Shown: positions 37,291 through 50,303, counted from the first letter of the stretch. The stretch is 64,000 nucleotides of DNA from Pavona decussata (GCA_977016875.1 CDRNST010000118.1:2356001-2420000), one strand, 5' to 3'. A program made the numbers and translations. Notes: a model not told the origin generated them from the letters alone.

Positions 37291-39667
37291 TTTACTGCAC
37301 TGCTAGCTAGTGTCCAGGCAATTCAGTTTTATACGGCTCCTTTATGTATTAAACATTGGTGACAAAATTTCTTCGCTATGCCAAACTCATTTCAAATTAA
37401 CTCAGTACGTTTATTAAAACATTGGCACAAAATGTCTTCGCTATGCCAAACTCATATCAAATTAACTCAGCACATTTATTAAGCCGCTTTGAATTTCATA
37501 TCACTATCACGTAGCTGTTCTGTTCAGGTAACTCGAAATTAAAAATTTCCTTCCAAATTCTCCTTAATAACTTGGAAGCTCAAATGCTGTAAAGTTTTAA
37601 TTATGAGCCCTTAGCTTAAATTCCTTCATTGGTCTGTTTTGTCACTTAAGCAGTTGCGTACTAACTGCGGGGATCTTTCTTCTATTTAATGTTTCACCCG
37701 CTGTTCTGCCCGCAGTTCAAATACATGTTTCATAAATTCATATTTAGGTATTGAAACGTATTTTTTTTTCTATAACGTAACCGTTCCGTGTATCCATTAG
37801 TGAGAAAGCGAAAGATCAAAAGAACAGCTTTTTAATTACAAGTAGTTCTTGTAATTCATGTTAAATTAAAGGTGGTTTACTGTGCTCACCGGTAACCATT
37901 TGAATCGCTTTACCTTTTGGAAATTAACAATTAAGAACGGTAAAACGCTAGTTTCTCCACTTGAATACCTTCTGTTTTCTGTTTCCTAATTTTTGCGATC
38001 GTTTACTGGACAATGAAGTAGTTAATCTTACTTTGCGTGACTTTGGAAATGTACTCTCTTCATTAACTTGTTTTTGGTTAAGACATTTTGGCTCCGTTTT
38101 TTATGTATTTTTCGAACACCTTAATGAGACAATGAATTAACTTTAAGGTAAAATAACCTCGTGGAATGGCTTTTCGCATGACGTTCGGAATGGCATAATG
38201 ATGCGAGATGCGGAATGATGTATACAAATAAATTAACTGAAGAGCGCATTCTGTTTTCGCGCCAATTTTATAAGAGCAGCATCTTGTTTGATGTTGCGGA
38301 CTGTATATGATGTTATATTACAATTTCAATATGCAGGCTGTTTTTGTCAGGTAGCAATAAAAATCTTTGTTGTGCATGTACAATTGCAAAAGACGTATAT
38401 TCACCTAAAAAAAAAGATGCAACCCGCTTGGATTTTCTATGACTTTAGGAGAACCTAGCGGTTTATTTTGTTAGATATCTGTTGGGAAGTCGTTCAGTTC
38501 AATAAGAAATTCGGCTCAAGATGTTAAGGAAATCTACTTCGGCAAAATATCAGCTAAGAATTTCTAAATACTAGTTCTAATTTCTTTCATTCTTTGAGAG
38601 GCAAATAGTACTGAATGCTGGTAAGTTGTAAGAGAAGGCATTTTTTCTTAATTTTCACTGAGCGCAAAATTATTTACTCCTGATTAGTAGGGCGGCGAAA
38701 ATACTCGCTCTTGATTGGCGAAGTGCATGCCCCATTTCGGCATGTAGTTCGTTTCTTCATTTTGTGTCTGAATTTCAACGAATTCTGGAAATCAAGTGCT
38801 GCCGCTATAAAAGAAATTCCTTAAGGTGAATGTTCGTGTTTTACAAGAAACAGCAAAACAATATTTGTGTCAAAAGCTAAAAACTTGGAGCGGATTTGTT
38901 AAGATGAACAACTGAAATCAGTCATGGCGACCAAGTGCTTTCACTTCGCTACTTCAGTCTTCTTCCAACGAACGATAACCGAGAGTAACAGTGCCTTTTG
39001 ATGGGAGGAAGCAGCAGGTCAAATCAAAGTTGGTACAACAACTATGATGAAATTCGTTGGAAGAAATTACCCTGGAAGTTTCTTCTTTGGATCCACCGTT
39101 TGCTATTTTTATCGATCTCTGTTCGTGTTATTTTCAAGCGGCAAAAAGCTTCACAGCGCAGGTTAATCAATTAATTGACGTTGGTTTTGGGCTATACGGC
39201 GTACTGGGGCGCGTCCCCCGGTTGGTGGATGGGGGAGCCCTCCCTTTGGGGGGTTGCACCTGAATAATACGGAATAGGGTGCCGTGGACCAACATAGCCT
39301 AGGAGAAGCAAAACTCTGATTCCAAAACCGGGCAGGTGGAGCTCGTTAGCCTTGGCAGGCAGTTCATCTAGGAGACGGAAAACTCTGATTACAAACCCGG
39401 ACAGATGGAGTTCGTTAGCCTTGGCAGGCAATCGTCTAGGAGAGGAAAACTCTGATCTCAAACCCGGGTAGATGGAAGTCGTGAGCCATGGTCGGCTATC
39501 ATCTACGAGAAGGAAACTCCAAGTGAAATCACCCCTCCCTCCAGGCCGGGGTTAGACACAGGGCTAACAACCCTGTTCTGTAAAAAAGTCTTGTTACGGA
39601 AACAGCAACGAAGGAAAAGAACACTTCTAGGTGTGACAGGCTTCCAGAGTCATCGCAAGATACTCGT

Positions 39668-40582
39668 GTGATTGGCAGTGGTGAAAACCGAAGGGAAGCC
39701 ACTGACAGGAGGATGGAAGTCTTAAGCGCCAAAACCAGAACCAGGATTGGTTTCTGGAATGTAAGAACCATGTATGAGACCGGGAAGCTAGCGCAAGTTA
39801 CAGCAGAGATGAGGCGCTACAATCTACACATTCTTGGAGTCAGCGAGAGCCGATGGACAAGATCCGGTAGATACAGAACCAACACGGGAGAGACAGTGCT
39901 CTACAGTGGTAGAGATGACGATCAACACCACGAAGGAGTCGCAATCATCCTTAAAAAGGGAGTGGAAAAGTGCCTGATGGAGTGGAAGCCTATTAACAGC
40001 AGGCTGATGAAGATCAGATTGAGAGGCAAGCACATCAATACCACCATCATCCAGTGCTACGCACCAACCAACGACAGTGAGGAAGAGAGCAAGGAGGCTT
40101 TCTATGAACAGTTGCAGGCTGAACTGGAGAACACACCAGGACATGAAATGAAGATAGTGATGGGCGACTTGAATGCCAAAGTTGGAAGTAATAACACCAA
40201 CTACGAGAGAGCCATGGGTAAGGAAGGATGTGGAAGCATGAACAACAATGGAGAGAGACTGCTGGAATGCTGCGGGACATACGACCTTGTCATTGGCTGG
40301 ACTCTCTTTCCACACCCAGACATCCACAAACTTACTTGGTGTTCCCCCAACGGCAGAGACAAGAATCAGATCGACCACCTGATGATTAACGGGACGTGGA
40401 GGAGATCGCTGCAAGACGTTAGAGTGAGGAGAGGAGCAGATGTTGGCAGTGATCACCACCTTGTCACTGCAACTCTGAAAGTGAAACTGAGAAAGAATGG
40501 ACCTGAGAACCAAGACAACAACAGTTTGATGTGGAGAAGCTGCGCGACCCCAAAGCAAAGAATGCCTTCATCCTTAAGCTGA
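39668..40582 (+). pseudogene. RTE apurinic-like endonuclease domain (5' part of the single ORF)
   Basis: IGFWNVRT, LGVSESRW, CYAPT, MGDLNAKVG, NQIDH, SDHHL. The frame shifts near 40510; the alternative frame reads PRQQQFDVEKLRDPKAKNAFILKLKNKFQA. Confidence 0.9.
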
Positions 40583-40598
40583 AGAACAAGTTCCAAGC

Positions 40599-42668
40599 TT
40601 GGCAGATGCTGAAAACTACACCCAGACAGAGTCAGCCGGAATCGACACCGCTTGGAAGCAAGTAAGATCAGCCTACACACAAACCAGTGAAGCTTGCTTA
40701 GGAAGAGGACGAAAGAGGAGGAAAGAGTGGATAACAACGGATACATGGAAAGCCATTGAGAACAGGAGAACCCTTAAGAAGAGAGTGTTGGAGACCAAGT
40801 CAGAAAGGCTGGAAGAGAGGTACAAACAACAGTACAGGGAAGCTGATCAAACAGTGAAAAGAATGGCTAGGGCCAACAAGCGGGCCTACATGGAAGGCCT
40901 TGCAAGGGAAGTAGAAGAGGCCGCGGCCAGAGGAGAACAAGGACGAGTGTACAAAATCACTAAGCTCGTCAGCGGCAAGTACCGGGGATCTACAGACACA
41001 CCCATCGCAGATAAACAGGGACGGATTCTAACAACAGAAGCGGAACAAGAGGCGAGATGGGCAGAACATTTCAGCGAAGTTCTAAACAGACCACCACCAA
41101 TCGCTCCAGCGGATGTACAGGACCCGGCTAAAGACCTGGATGTAAACACAATGCCACCTGAGAAACAAGAAATTGTGGCAGCCATCAGATCCCTCAAAAA
41201 CGGAAAGGCCCCTGGTCAAGACAGCCTCAATGCAGAACTCTTCAAGGCAGACCCAGAGCTTGCAGCGCAAGTTCTTCAGCCACTCTTTACAGCCATCTGG
41301 GACGAGAAACAACTTCCAGAGGATTGGACGGAAGGCGTCATAGTAAAGATCCCGAAAAAGGGAGCCTTGAGCAATTGTAACAACTGGAGAGGAATCACCC
41401 TCCTGTCTGTTCCAAGCAAGATCCTCGCAAAAATCATCATCAAGCGAATTGAAGAGGCAGTGGACCAGCAACTCCGAAAGGAGCAGGCCGGTTTTCGACC
41501 AGGAAGAGGGTGCACAGACCAAATATTTACTCTGCGAAACATCATCGAACAGTGCACAGAATGGCAGAGACAGTTGTACATCAACTTCGTAGACTTTGAA
41601 GAGGCCTTTGATAGCATCCATCGAGAGAGTCTATGGCGCATTCTCAGGGCATATGGAATACCGCAGGAGATTGTTCTTGTCATCAAGAGTTTCTACAACA
41701 ACTTCACATGCAGGGTAGGAAGCAGCGAGACCAGCTTCAGCGTGAAGACCGGTGTTAGACAAGACTGTTGTATGTCTGCGATGCTCTTCAACTTGACAAT
41801 CGACTGGGTGATGAGGCAGACAACATCAGACCAAGCGCGAGGCATCAGATGGACCCTCTTGACACAACTTGAAGATTTGGACTTTGCTGACGATCTAGCA
41901 CTCATGTCGCATACCCACCAGCACATGCAGGAGAAGACATCCCGTCTAAATACCTTTGCACAGCAAGTAGGCTTGAAGATCAGCCAGAAGAAGACGGAGG
42001 TAATGATGCTGAACGTATCAAACCCATCACCTGTCACAGTAAATGGAGAAGATCTATCAACGACCGAAGAATTTACATACCTTGGGAGCACTGTCAGACA
42101 TGACGGTGGGGCAGGCAGCGACATCAAGAACCGCCTCAGTAAGGCCAGAAATGCGTTTAGAATGATGAGCAACGTTTGGAAGTCATCCCAGTACAGCACC
42201 AAGACCAAACTAAGATTGTACCAGAGCTGTGTAATCTCCACTCTACTGTACGGCTCGGAATGTTGGAGGATGACAGAGAGCGACCTCAACAAGCTGTCCA
42301 CCTTCCACACGAAAAACCTCAGAAGAATCCTACGTATATTCTGGCCTGAAACCATCTCCAACCAAGAACTTCTTGCTCGCTACAACCAGGACAGCATGGG
42401 AACCATCATTATGCGAAGACGATGGAAATGGATCGGACATGTCATGCGACGGGAGGAAGACAACATCACTCGCACAGCCCTTCACTGGACACCAGAGGGG
42501 AGACGCAGGCGAGGACGACCCAAGATCACCTGGCGTCGGACTGTGGAAGCAGAACTGAAGACCTTACATCATACCTGGGGAACCATTCAGAGGCTAGCTA
42601 GGGACAGACAGGAGTGGCTTAATTTTGTTGCTGCCCTACATGCCAAGCCGGCATATGGGCATGAGTGA
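40599..42668 (+). pseudogene. RTE reverse transcriptase domain (3' part of the single ORF, after a second frameshift at ~40598)
   Basis: KAPGQD, NWRGITLL, QAGFR, FVDFEEAFD, GVRQDC (usually QG), DFADDL, YLGS, RWKWIGHV, RRRGRP. Confidence 0.92.
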
Positions 42669-45189
42669 GTGAGTAACATTTGGTTTAATCGCCGTTAGTT
42701 TATTCCTGGATTAAACCTGTATTTTCTGTCGATTACATGTGTATTAGAATCAACATTCTTGTCAGTTTTGTCTGTTTTGTACACTACGAAAGAATTAAAC
42801 AATTTGTTTGTTTGCTTTGCGTACGGGTTGGAGTGTTCTTACTCCGGGACTGACTGTTTTATGACTAAAGGACCTCGAAAGGTTTAAGAAAATTTTGCCC
42901 TCTGCGGTATAAACTGTAATTCCAATGACAACTCGTAGAATAATAATAAAGGATTAACTGCCACTTGTATTTTCAAAATTTTCGCAAATTTGGGAAAACT
43001 GTGAAAATGCCGTGAAAATTTAACCTAATTCTACCCATCCTCTACTCAAAAACGTGTTTATGATGCGACATTTACTGATGAGTAATCTGTTTGCAGGCAA
43101 AGTTCATGAAATTGTGTTATTTTTAGCATGCACCGGCGAGAGTGAATTTTTGGCGTCACACCAAATACAAAAAAAGTATTATCTCCGCTTCCACAAGGTG
43201 CACCGAGACGATTAATACGGTAAAATACTGCCTTAACGGCTGGTATTCGCTTTAGTAATTTTCTCGTGCTCTGTCCTTTTGTTTCTCCGGCTGCCGTGCC
43301 ATTCGAATCGGTAGTCCTGTGGTACTACATACGGACGGACGGACGGACAGACATAGCCAAAACAAAATTTCTCGCATCGATAGCTTACCATATTTTCTTA
43401 CTGATGGTGCTACGCGTGCGCGCCTTCGGCGCGTGGAGCTCCGCTACTCGGGGGTTCTTATATGCGGATTTTTACTGTATTCAACACGCTTTGAAATCAG
43501 AACGTTCTTTTCGAATTTTGGTTAAAGATCGTACAGTGAAGTGTTTCCTGTTAGAATATTATCGGAACACCCCTGTAAACACCTCATTTACCGGCGTAGC
43601 CTAAGAATTCAAGGAATTTGAATCCAGACTGCGAGAACCTTGCTCCATTCGTTCTCCTTCGATAAATTCAAAATTGTTCTCCTTTATAGACCAAAAATAT
43701 CGTATTAAAATTTTGAAGATTAGCCACGGGCTTATATGCCAAAGGGCTGTCTTGGTGAGAGATTTGGAGAGCTTATAACTGGGAAGACGAGAGAGCTTTA
43801 TCTGCGCAATTTTACGGTAGTGGATTTAACGCTGGTTTACAAACATTTTTACTTCGTATAACATACCTCTGAGAGCACTGCAAGTTTACATTGGTGTCTG
43901 CCATTCCAATTTTTATTGATTTCTATAATAAGTTTAAAATAAAAATTGCATCATTGTTATACAATAAATTACCGTAAGATTGTAAGGGAGATCTGGTAAA
44001 CTAGTGCGAATGCTTATAGCTTCGCGCTACAAAGAAATGCGAATTCATCTCAAAACTGTTACTTGTATGCAGTTAGAAACTACTTGACTAAAATATAGAT
44101 ACAAAAGTTAGTTAGCTCTGATATATTATATGTTTTTACTATTTTGTTTACCTTTACGTTATTATTATTAGTAGTCACAACTTTAATTAGTTTTTCTATT
44201 TCTCCCGTGAAGATTTCAATAGCCATCTTCCAGTGAGCCGTTTTCAAACGGATCAGTTGTCACTTTGCCAAAAACGTAACAAAATATTTTCGTCCACACA
44301 AGCATTTACGTGTCTTTTTCACCAGTTCACGCAAAAGCGTTTTTGTTTGAAAATAAAATAAAGGAAGTAAAAGTTTGAAAGAAATGTGATGGTATATTTA
44401 AAAGTATAAATTCTTCACTACCGTGAAGTGATCTTAATTATCATAAAATTTGGCGAACTTTTGTTTTGAGTTTCAAGAAGAATTAGAAGTGGTTTGAAAA
44501 GCTATATATCAAACACTGAAAGAATGTTTCATCCGATTTCCAAACACCTCGAAGTTGGTTTAAAAATCTCGACTGCACCTCGTTCATTCAAACCACTCCT
44601 CGGTGTTTGGGAATCAAATGAAACACTCTTCCTTGTGTTGTTGTTTTCTTTTCTTTTTCCTTTTTTTTTTTTTTGCGTGTTATTGAATTCTTACATTGTT
44701 TTAAAATATTAGGAAATTGACGTACATCATACATGAAATAAAACATTCACTGGCACACAAACACACTACACTGCATACGCGCTTGGTAAATAAAAAATGA
44801 TTCATTTAATGGACACTGAATTTATTGTGTGATTTAGCAATTCTACTTTTGAGTTGATAGATTGGAGCGATCTTTGACAAGGGGACCTGAAAAGACGGTT
44901 TTTAAAAAGTGTTTATCTATAACCGTAGACAATATTATATTGTTTTAAAATAAATATTAAATGATTCATCAATCGAAAATCCTCATTACTTGTCCATAAA
45001 CCAAACATTTTATCAACATCAGAAAGTGATTGTATCCTAATATTTTTGCTGCTGCACCAAATAATCAAGTCTGTCCAAAATAGTTTAATTATAGGGCATG
45101 AAATGAGTAGACGTTCTAGGGATTTGTCCCTAAGTGCGACAAAAGGAGCAACTTGAGGAGCTGATTTTACCCATGTTCTTGAGGAGGCT

Positions 45190-45670
45190 GTTCGTTACTA
45201 GGTACCTATTTAATATTTTATATTAAAACTCTCTTGATCTTGTGTCTAAAACTACTTCAAGGGGCAACTTGTAAATTTCATTCCACTCCAGGTGGTCATT
45301 TTTAAAGGTCTCTGTATACAGGTATTTTAATGGTTGCGATTTTTCAAGTAAATTCCTTACAGATCCTTCCAGAGGAAGCTTTGCTTGATCCATGAGATTC
45401 ACTAGAATTTGCTTTTTGAGATCCAAATCTTCTTTTCTGATTAAGTTTACTATTCTTCCGAATACGTATATGTCATTGCAGAGGAATAGCATCCAGTACT
45501 GTCAAAAGCTCAAAAACGTCAGCGGGAGAAAACTTAGACCCAATCAAACTGCCCGTTGTAATAAATCTATTTTGTCTCAGTCACAAAATCCCCTCTTTAG
45601 GCCAATGAAGTGTTAAAGAAGGACTCACCACTAACACAAATAGCTTATTGTTCCATATGACTGTTTCTGC
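45190..45670 (-). mobile_element. Degraded L1/Tx1-like ORF2 C-terminal fragment downstream of FMO
   Basis: ORF 45223-45492 ends LEWNEIYKLPLEVVLDTRSREF, then *YKILNRYL. Upstream reads VIWNNK. This resembles the conserved IWNN and W..IY.LP....DTKLREFQYKILN motifs of Tx1-type ORF2. A third copy lies at ~22270-22765. Confidence 0.6.
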
Positions 45671-45938
45671 TATTTAGTCTGATGATGAATCATTTTTTTT
45701 ACTTTGTGAGTTTTGTTCCTTAATATAATATTAAAACGGTATTATATCAATGATTTTTTTAACCTCAGGCCGCGATCTTGATCACAATCATTTTATGTTA
45801 AATGAGACTGACAAGTTTCAATTTATCATAAACTGCGAATTCCTGGACGAAAAAAGAACTTTCGTTTTCTGTGAAATGTGATCTGCGCTCTTCACCCTTT
45901 CCACTTCATCGTCTTCAACACATTGAATCATTCGGTTT

Positions 45939-48900
45939 TCACGAAAAAAATCTTAGTAAAATAGCAAATACCACAACTAAAAAAACTAGAACCTTCCAGT
46001 ACATAGCACTGGTTTCACTACCCCTGCCCTCTTTCTGAGGCAAGCTACGGGTCTTGGTCGCGTAAATCACATTGCCAGGGGCATCTTCAATGGCTTTCTT
46101 GGCTCCTGTCCAAGTACCAGGTCCCATGAGGCGATATTGTGCCGGCGTACAAGGACCAAAAAAGCACCTCAGAGCCAAAGCAGGATCTCTGAATAAGAGC
46201 CACCACAAGTCTGGCTTGCAACCAACCTCATTGGCTATTTCATCACAGTAAGGAACGTAGTCAACCTGTGATAAAAACGAGAGAAAAAAGGAAATACAGA
46301 GTATTCCCAAATACTGCCTGCAAGCAAGCTCTCTTAGGGTGTGGGGTCAGGGAGTGAGGGAGATAAAGAGAGGTTATAAGGAAATCTCAAAGTTTGCAAA
46401 GTGCTCAAACAAGTTTATACAAAAATGTCAGTTGGTGGAGATTAGTTCATTGATGGCAATTCCTAATGTTTTGCATGGCTGGAAGTGACGAAAAACAAAA
46501 TGGTGGAAGGTTTTTTTTTCTCCCTTCCTCCCTTCCTCCCTCCCTCCCTTCCTCCTTCCCTCCCTCCCTCCCTCCCTCCTTCCCTCCCTCACCTCCTCCC
46601 ACCCTAAGAGAGCTTGCAGGCTAATTCCCATGAGAGAGGCAAATCGCATTGAAGGATGTGTTTCTCGTATGAATATCCCAGTAGCTGAGTGGTTAGAGCA
46701 TCAAATCAGTGTGCATAAGGTCTTGGACTGGTCACACTCAGGCACTAAGATGCTTCCTTGTCCCATAGTCATGACATGTGAAAAGGTTGTAATAACCGGA
46801 CCAACTGTGCTTAAATACAGTTTACCATATAACTGCAGGAGTTTAAAGGGCTTACCCCAAAAAAGTGAGGTCTAGGAAGAGACAACAACTACATTGAATA
46901 CAACATCTTACCTGTATAGTGTGCCGTTTAGTTGCATAGTATCTCTGTGCCATTGTTTCTCTTTTCTTGTTAATGTCATCCATCATCACACTCTTTGGGG
47001 GGAGGGACTTCTTTCCACAAAAGACTTGTGTTGCCCATCGTGCTTGCAACTCTGTTATTGGAAAAATAGCTCCAAGGGGTTGAATGCACCCAAGAACAGC
47101 AAGGGTTGGTTTGGCAAGATTTGGAGGAAAAACATATTTGTACAATTCAACTTTGTTGTCATGTACAGGAAGAATAGACTGATCTACAAACTTAAAACCT
47201 ATCTTGTATCCTGTACAGAAAATCACTGCATCCAAATCATTCACTTCAGAGCCGTCATCAAAGACAACTCCTGTTTTTGTAAAGTGGCTGACATTTGGCT
47301 TAACAACTATGCCACCAGTAATGATGCGATGAGGAAGATCATCATTAACCATTGGATGTTGGCCAAAAATAGAATGTTGGGGACGCAGGGAAAATAATTC
47401 ATGATCAAATCTCTGATTTACTACTTTGTGGTAAATGTATCCAACAAGTTTCCTTGGTAACATAAATAGGTATCGCCTATTTCCCTGCTGATCAGCTGGC
47501 TCTCCTCCTTTCCCTAGCCGAGACAGAACCCATGCACCTCTGCGAGTACTGAGGTAAACTTTTGGGACATGACGACTGAGCTCAACAGCAACATCACCTC
47601 CAGAGTTTCCTATACCTGTTCACGAAAAAGAAATATCCAATCAACAACTTGTCAATATAAGTAAAAAAAAAAACTTAATGGGGACTTAAGTCTGTAACTG
47701 CTTCAAGGGTTCAAAATAAACAGGTTGTATTTTGTAACCAGTAAAGTTGTGTTGTGCACCTCACAGCTAATCTCCTTTCAGCTGTATTGACTAAACTGCA
47801 GAATGTAATCAGATAATTTTAAACAAATACACTGTAAGCATACATGTGCACTAAAATTGTGTCTGTGTTGAGGTGGCTGAACACAGTTTTCTAGTATGCA
47901 GGTGTTAGTAGAGTTAGTACACTAGTAAATGTTACCGGTATTTGCAAACCACGCACTTCTGGGTGCCAGAAATTAGCATGGTGCAAGATTTATAAAGAAT
48001 GAATGTTGTTGAGCTAAATACCATTGTCATGGCAATATAGTGAGCTATTAACCTTGGGCCCACAGTAATTGGTGCTAGCTGTTGTGGTCACCCTGCCTTA
48101 ACCCAGTACTCATTTATCTTCTGTTTCAAGTGTTATGTTCTGTTTATAGTTTTAAGTTTGAAGGCGAAGTCTAATGAAATAAAAAATAGAAAATAACCAT
48201 CCACAAATAATACCGTGATTAACTGCAAACTTTGTTCAGACACTATTAAGGATGGTGTGTACTTATACCGTAGTATTTTTTCATGGTTTATGACTATGGG
48301 GAAAAAGCAGATCTCAGCAAGGACTACTGGAATTCCAAAAAGAAAATTTGGGTAAACATGCATTTTTTTTAGAAATAATATATTCATAGGCAACAATAAT
48401 TCTAAAAAGCACCAAAATACAAAGCAATGATTCAAATAACCCTATAACGAATAGCCAAGATCTCCTTTTCCTGCAGAGTCATAAACCATGCAAAAATATC
48501 TATGTTTTAGAGGGCACCACCATTAAGAAACCCAACTTTCTCAGACCATTGCGAGAGGCGCAGAGCGTATGCGCAGTAGCAAAAGAAAGCACTGTCCTTA
48601 AGCTATGATATTGAGAACTAACCAAATTTAAGGGGGGCTACCTTAACTGAAGACCAAGAGTTATTGGTAAGGGACTAGGGCATTTGGTATACTATATTTT
48701 GCAGTGTTTTGTGCTGCTACATTTAGATGTAAAAGGGTGAACATATGACGTTTAATAAATGTCTCTGCAAGCAGGTAACTAGTGCTATATGTCACCAACC
48801 ACATATCCAAAAGAAAAATCTCTCAAACTCAGAGAAAATTAAGTGGAGTTCTGATATTTTTCACAAGTCGGACATATTTCAGTCTTCTTTAATGAAAATT

Positions 48901-50303
48901 CTAAACATCCTGTTTCTAACCATAACAACTGAATTTAATTTGCTTTGCAAAGTTAACAAATCTTACTGAAAGCAACTTTCTCCTTCTTCAATTGCCACCA
49001 TCATTTTTGGACATCAGTTTTTACCCTATAATCTAGAGTGTATTAAAGTAAATGGTACCTTGATAATGACCCCCATACACAAATGAAATACAAATACCAC
49101 CAGTCTTTATAATGAAAGCTCGAGTCAGTCCCTTTGTGTCTAGTATCTCCACAAAGGAGGTGTGCTGATCAGTTCTCCAAACCCTGATCACCCTATTTCA
49201 GACCAAAATATGTAATTTTCTGGATAACATTTTTCAGACCTGGCCTAGTCTTCTGGAACGTTATGACTGTGCTGGAACCATCATGGATTTTATTGTGTGT
49301 ACATTTAATATTGTGTCAAATGGACAAGCCTTGTATGTCTTCTCAGAATGCTGTCAGTTGGGGATATTTTGATGTTGATAACATGACCTGGGAGTTGGAT
49401 CTGTAAGTTTGTAGATAGCAAGGACATATATGTTGTTGTAGTATACTGGCCTAGCCTTTGTGGTCATATTGTTCCCCTCTCCACCGACTGCCTCTCTTTG
49501 CTAAAGTCTATAAATGGGTGCCGGCAATAATGTCCCGGGACACTATACATAGGCTTACATGAGTTAGTGACCGTTTTAGGAGAGTATTTGGGGGATAGTC
49601 ATGACTCTATATACTCTTGGGGGTGGGGTGTGCTTAAGGCCTAATCAGATCAGGGTAAAGCCGGCTTGATTGTACTCATTACAAATAATACTAACAACTT
49701 TTCGATAAAGAAAATTAATTTATACGCACCCAAGACCAGGACGTTTTTGTTTTCAAATGGTTTGAAGTCCTTGTAAGAATGACTGTGGATCTTGATTCTT
49801 TCAAACTCGTCCTGACCGGGAAAGCTGGGGGTGGGCCATGACGGCTCTGAATGATGACCAACACACAACATCACAGCATCATACACTTCTGTCTTCACTG
49901 CGTCAGGATCCGCGCTATTCAGTTCTTGAAAGAGAATTTCCCATTTTCCGGTTTCATCAAAATCAGACGTTTTCCTGAGGTCGACAACTTTGGTACGGAA
50001 TCGTATGAACTTGTACAAATCGAACGCTTCCGCGTACAGGTGGAAATACTGCATGATTTTTTCATGATGCATGTACGGTGGGTACTCCTTAGGAATTGGG
50101 AAATCCGAGAAGCACATCATTTCCTTGCTTGTGTTGATCACAGTCGATCTGTAAACAGAACTGTGGCGTTCTTCCTCGGTGAAATGCCATAAGCCTCCGA
50201 TCGAGTCTTCTTGTTCGAAGCACACAGGCTCCAAACCATCTTCGTTGCAGCATTTTATACAGGTAAGCCCACTTGATCCAGCTCCTATAATTGCTACTTT
50301 CAT
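45939..50303 (-). CDS. FMO: Flavin-containing monooxygenase (class B, FMO5-like), 3 exons: 50303-49730, 47615-46912, 46265-45939; 534 aa
   Basis: FAD motif GAGSSG, NTSKEM, fingerprint F-E-R-xxx-HSHSYK, NADPH motif GIGNSG formed across the phase-1 junction (TTG G|gtgcgt...aacag|GT ATA), FCTGY, ELQARW, HTIQ|VDY at phase 0, and a C-terminal hydrophobic anchor. Exon lengths 574+704+327 = 1605 nt, in frame. Confidence 0.93.
49244..49447 (+). pseudogene. Duplicated fragment of the SHPK exon 1 3' end plus its splice donor, inside FMO intron 1
   Basis: Near-identical to 50936-51130 apart from a 7-nt insertion (catttaa) and a few substitutions or small indels. Confidence 0.9.

Larger units (their letters stand above)
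39181..42674 (+). mobile_element. RTE-clade non-LTR retrotransposon (LINE), near full length, inactivated
   Basis: APE endonuclease followed by RT, a structured and repetitive 5' UTR, and a (GAGT)3 tail directly at the stop codon. Boundaries are fixed by the empty site at ~19420. Confidence 0.95.

Noticed and set aside
39299-39530. CRISPR-like or hammerhead/twister reading of the ~68-bp repeats
   Set aside because: There are no unique spacers and the context is eukaryotic. The CUGAUGA/GAAA hammerhead core and the twister GGUCCCAAGCCC-type core are not present.
39824-42361. Long antisense ORFs (244, 179 and 222 aa) within the RTE
   Set aside because: Shadow ORFs of a GC-richer coding strand with no recognisable domains.
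46678-46775. tRNA gene
   Set aside because: Only an A-box-like stretch is present, with no cloverleaf or intact B box. It is better explained as a decayed SINE.
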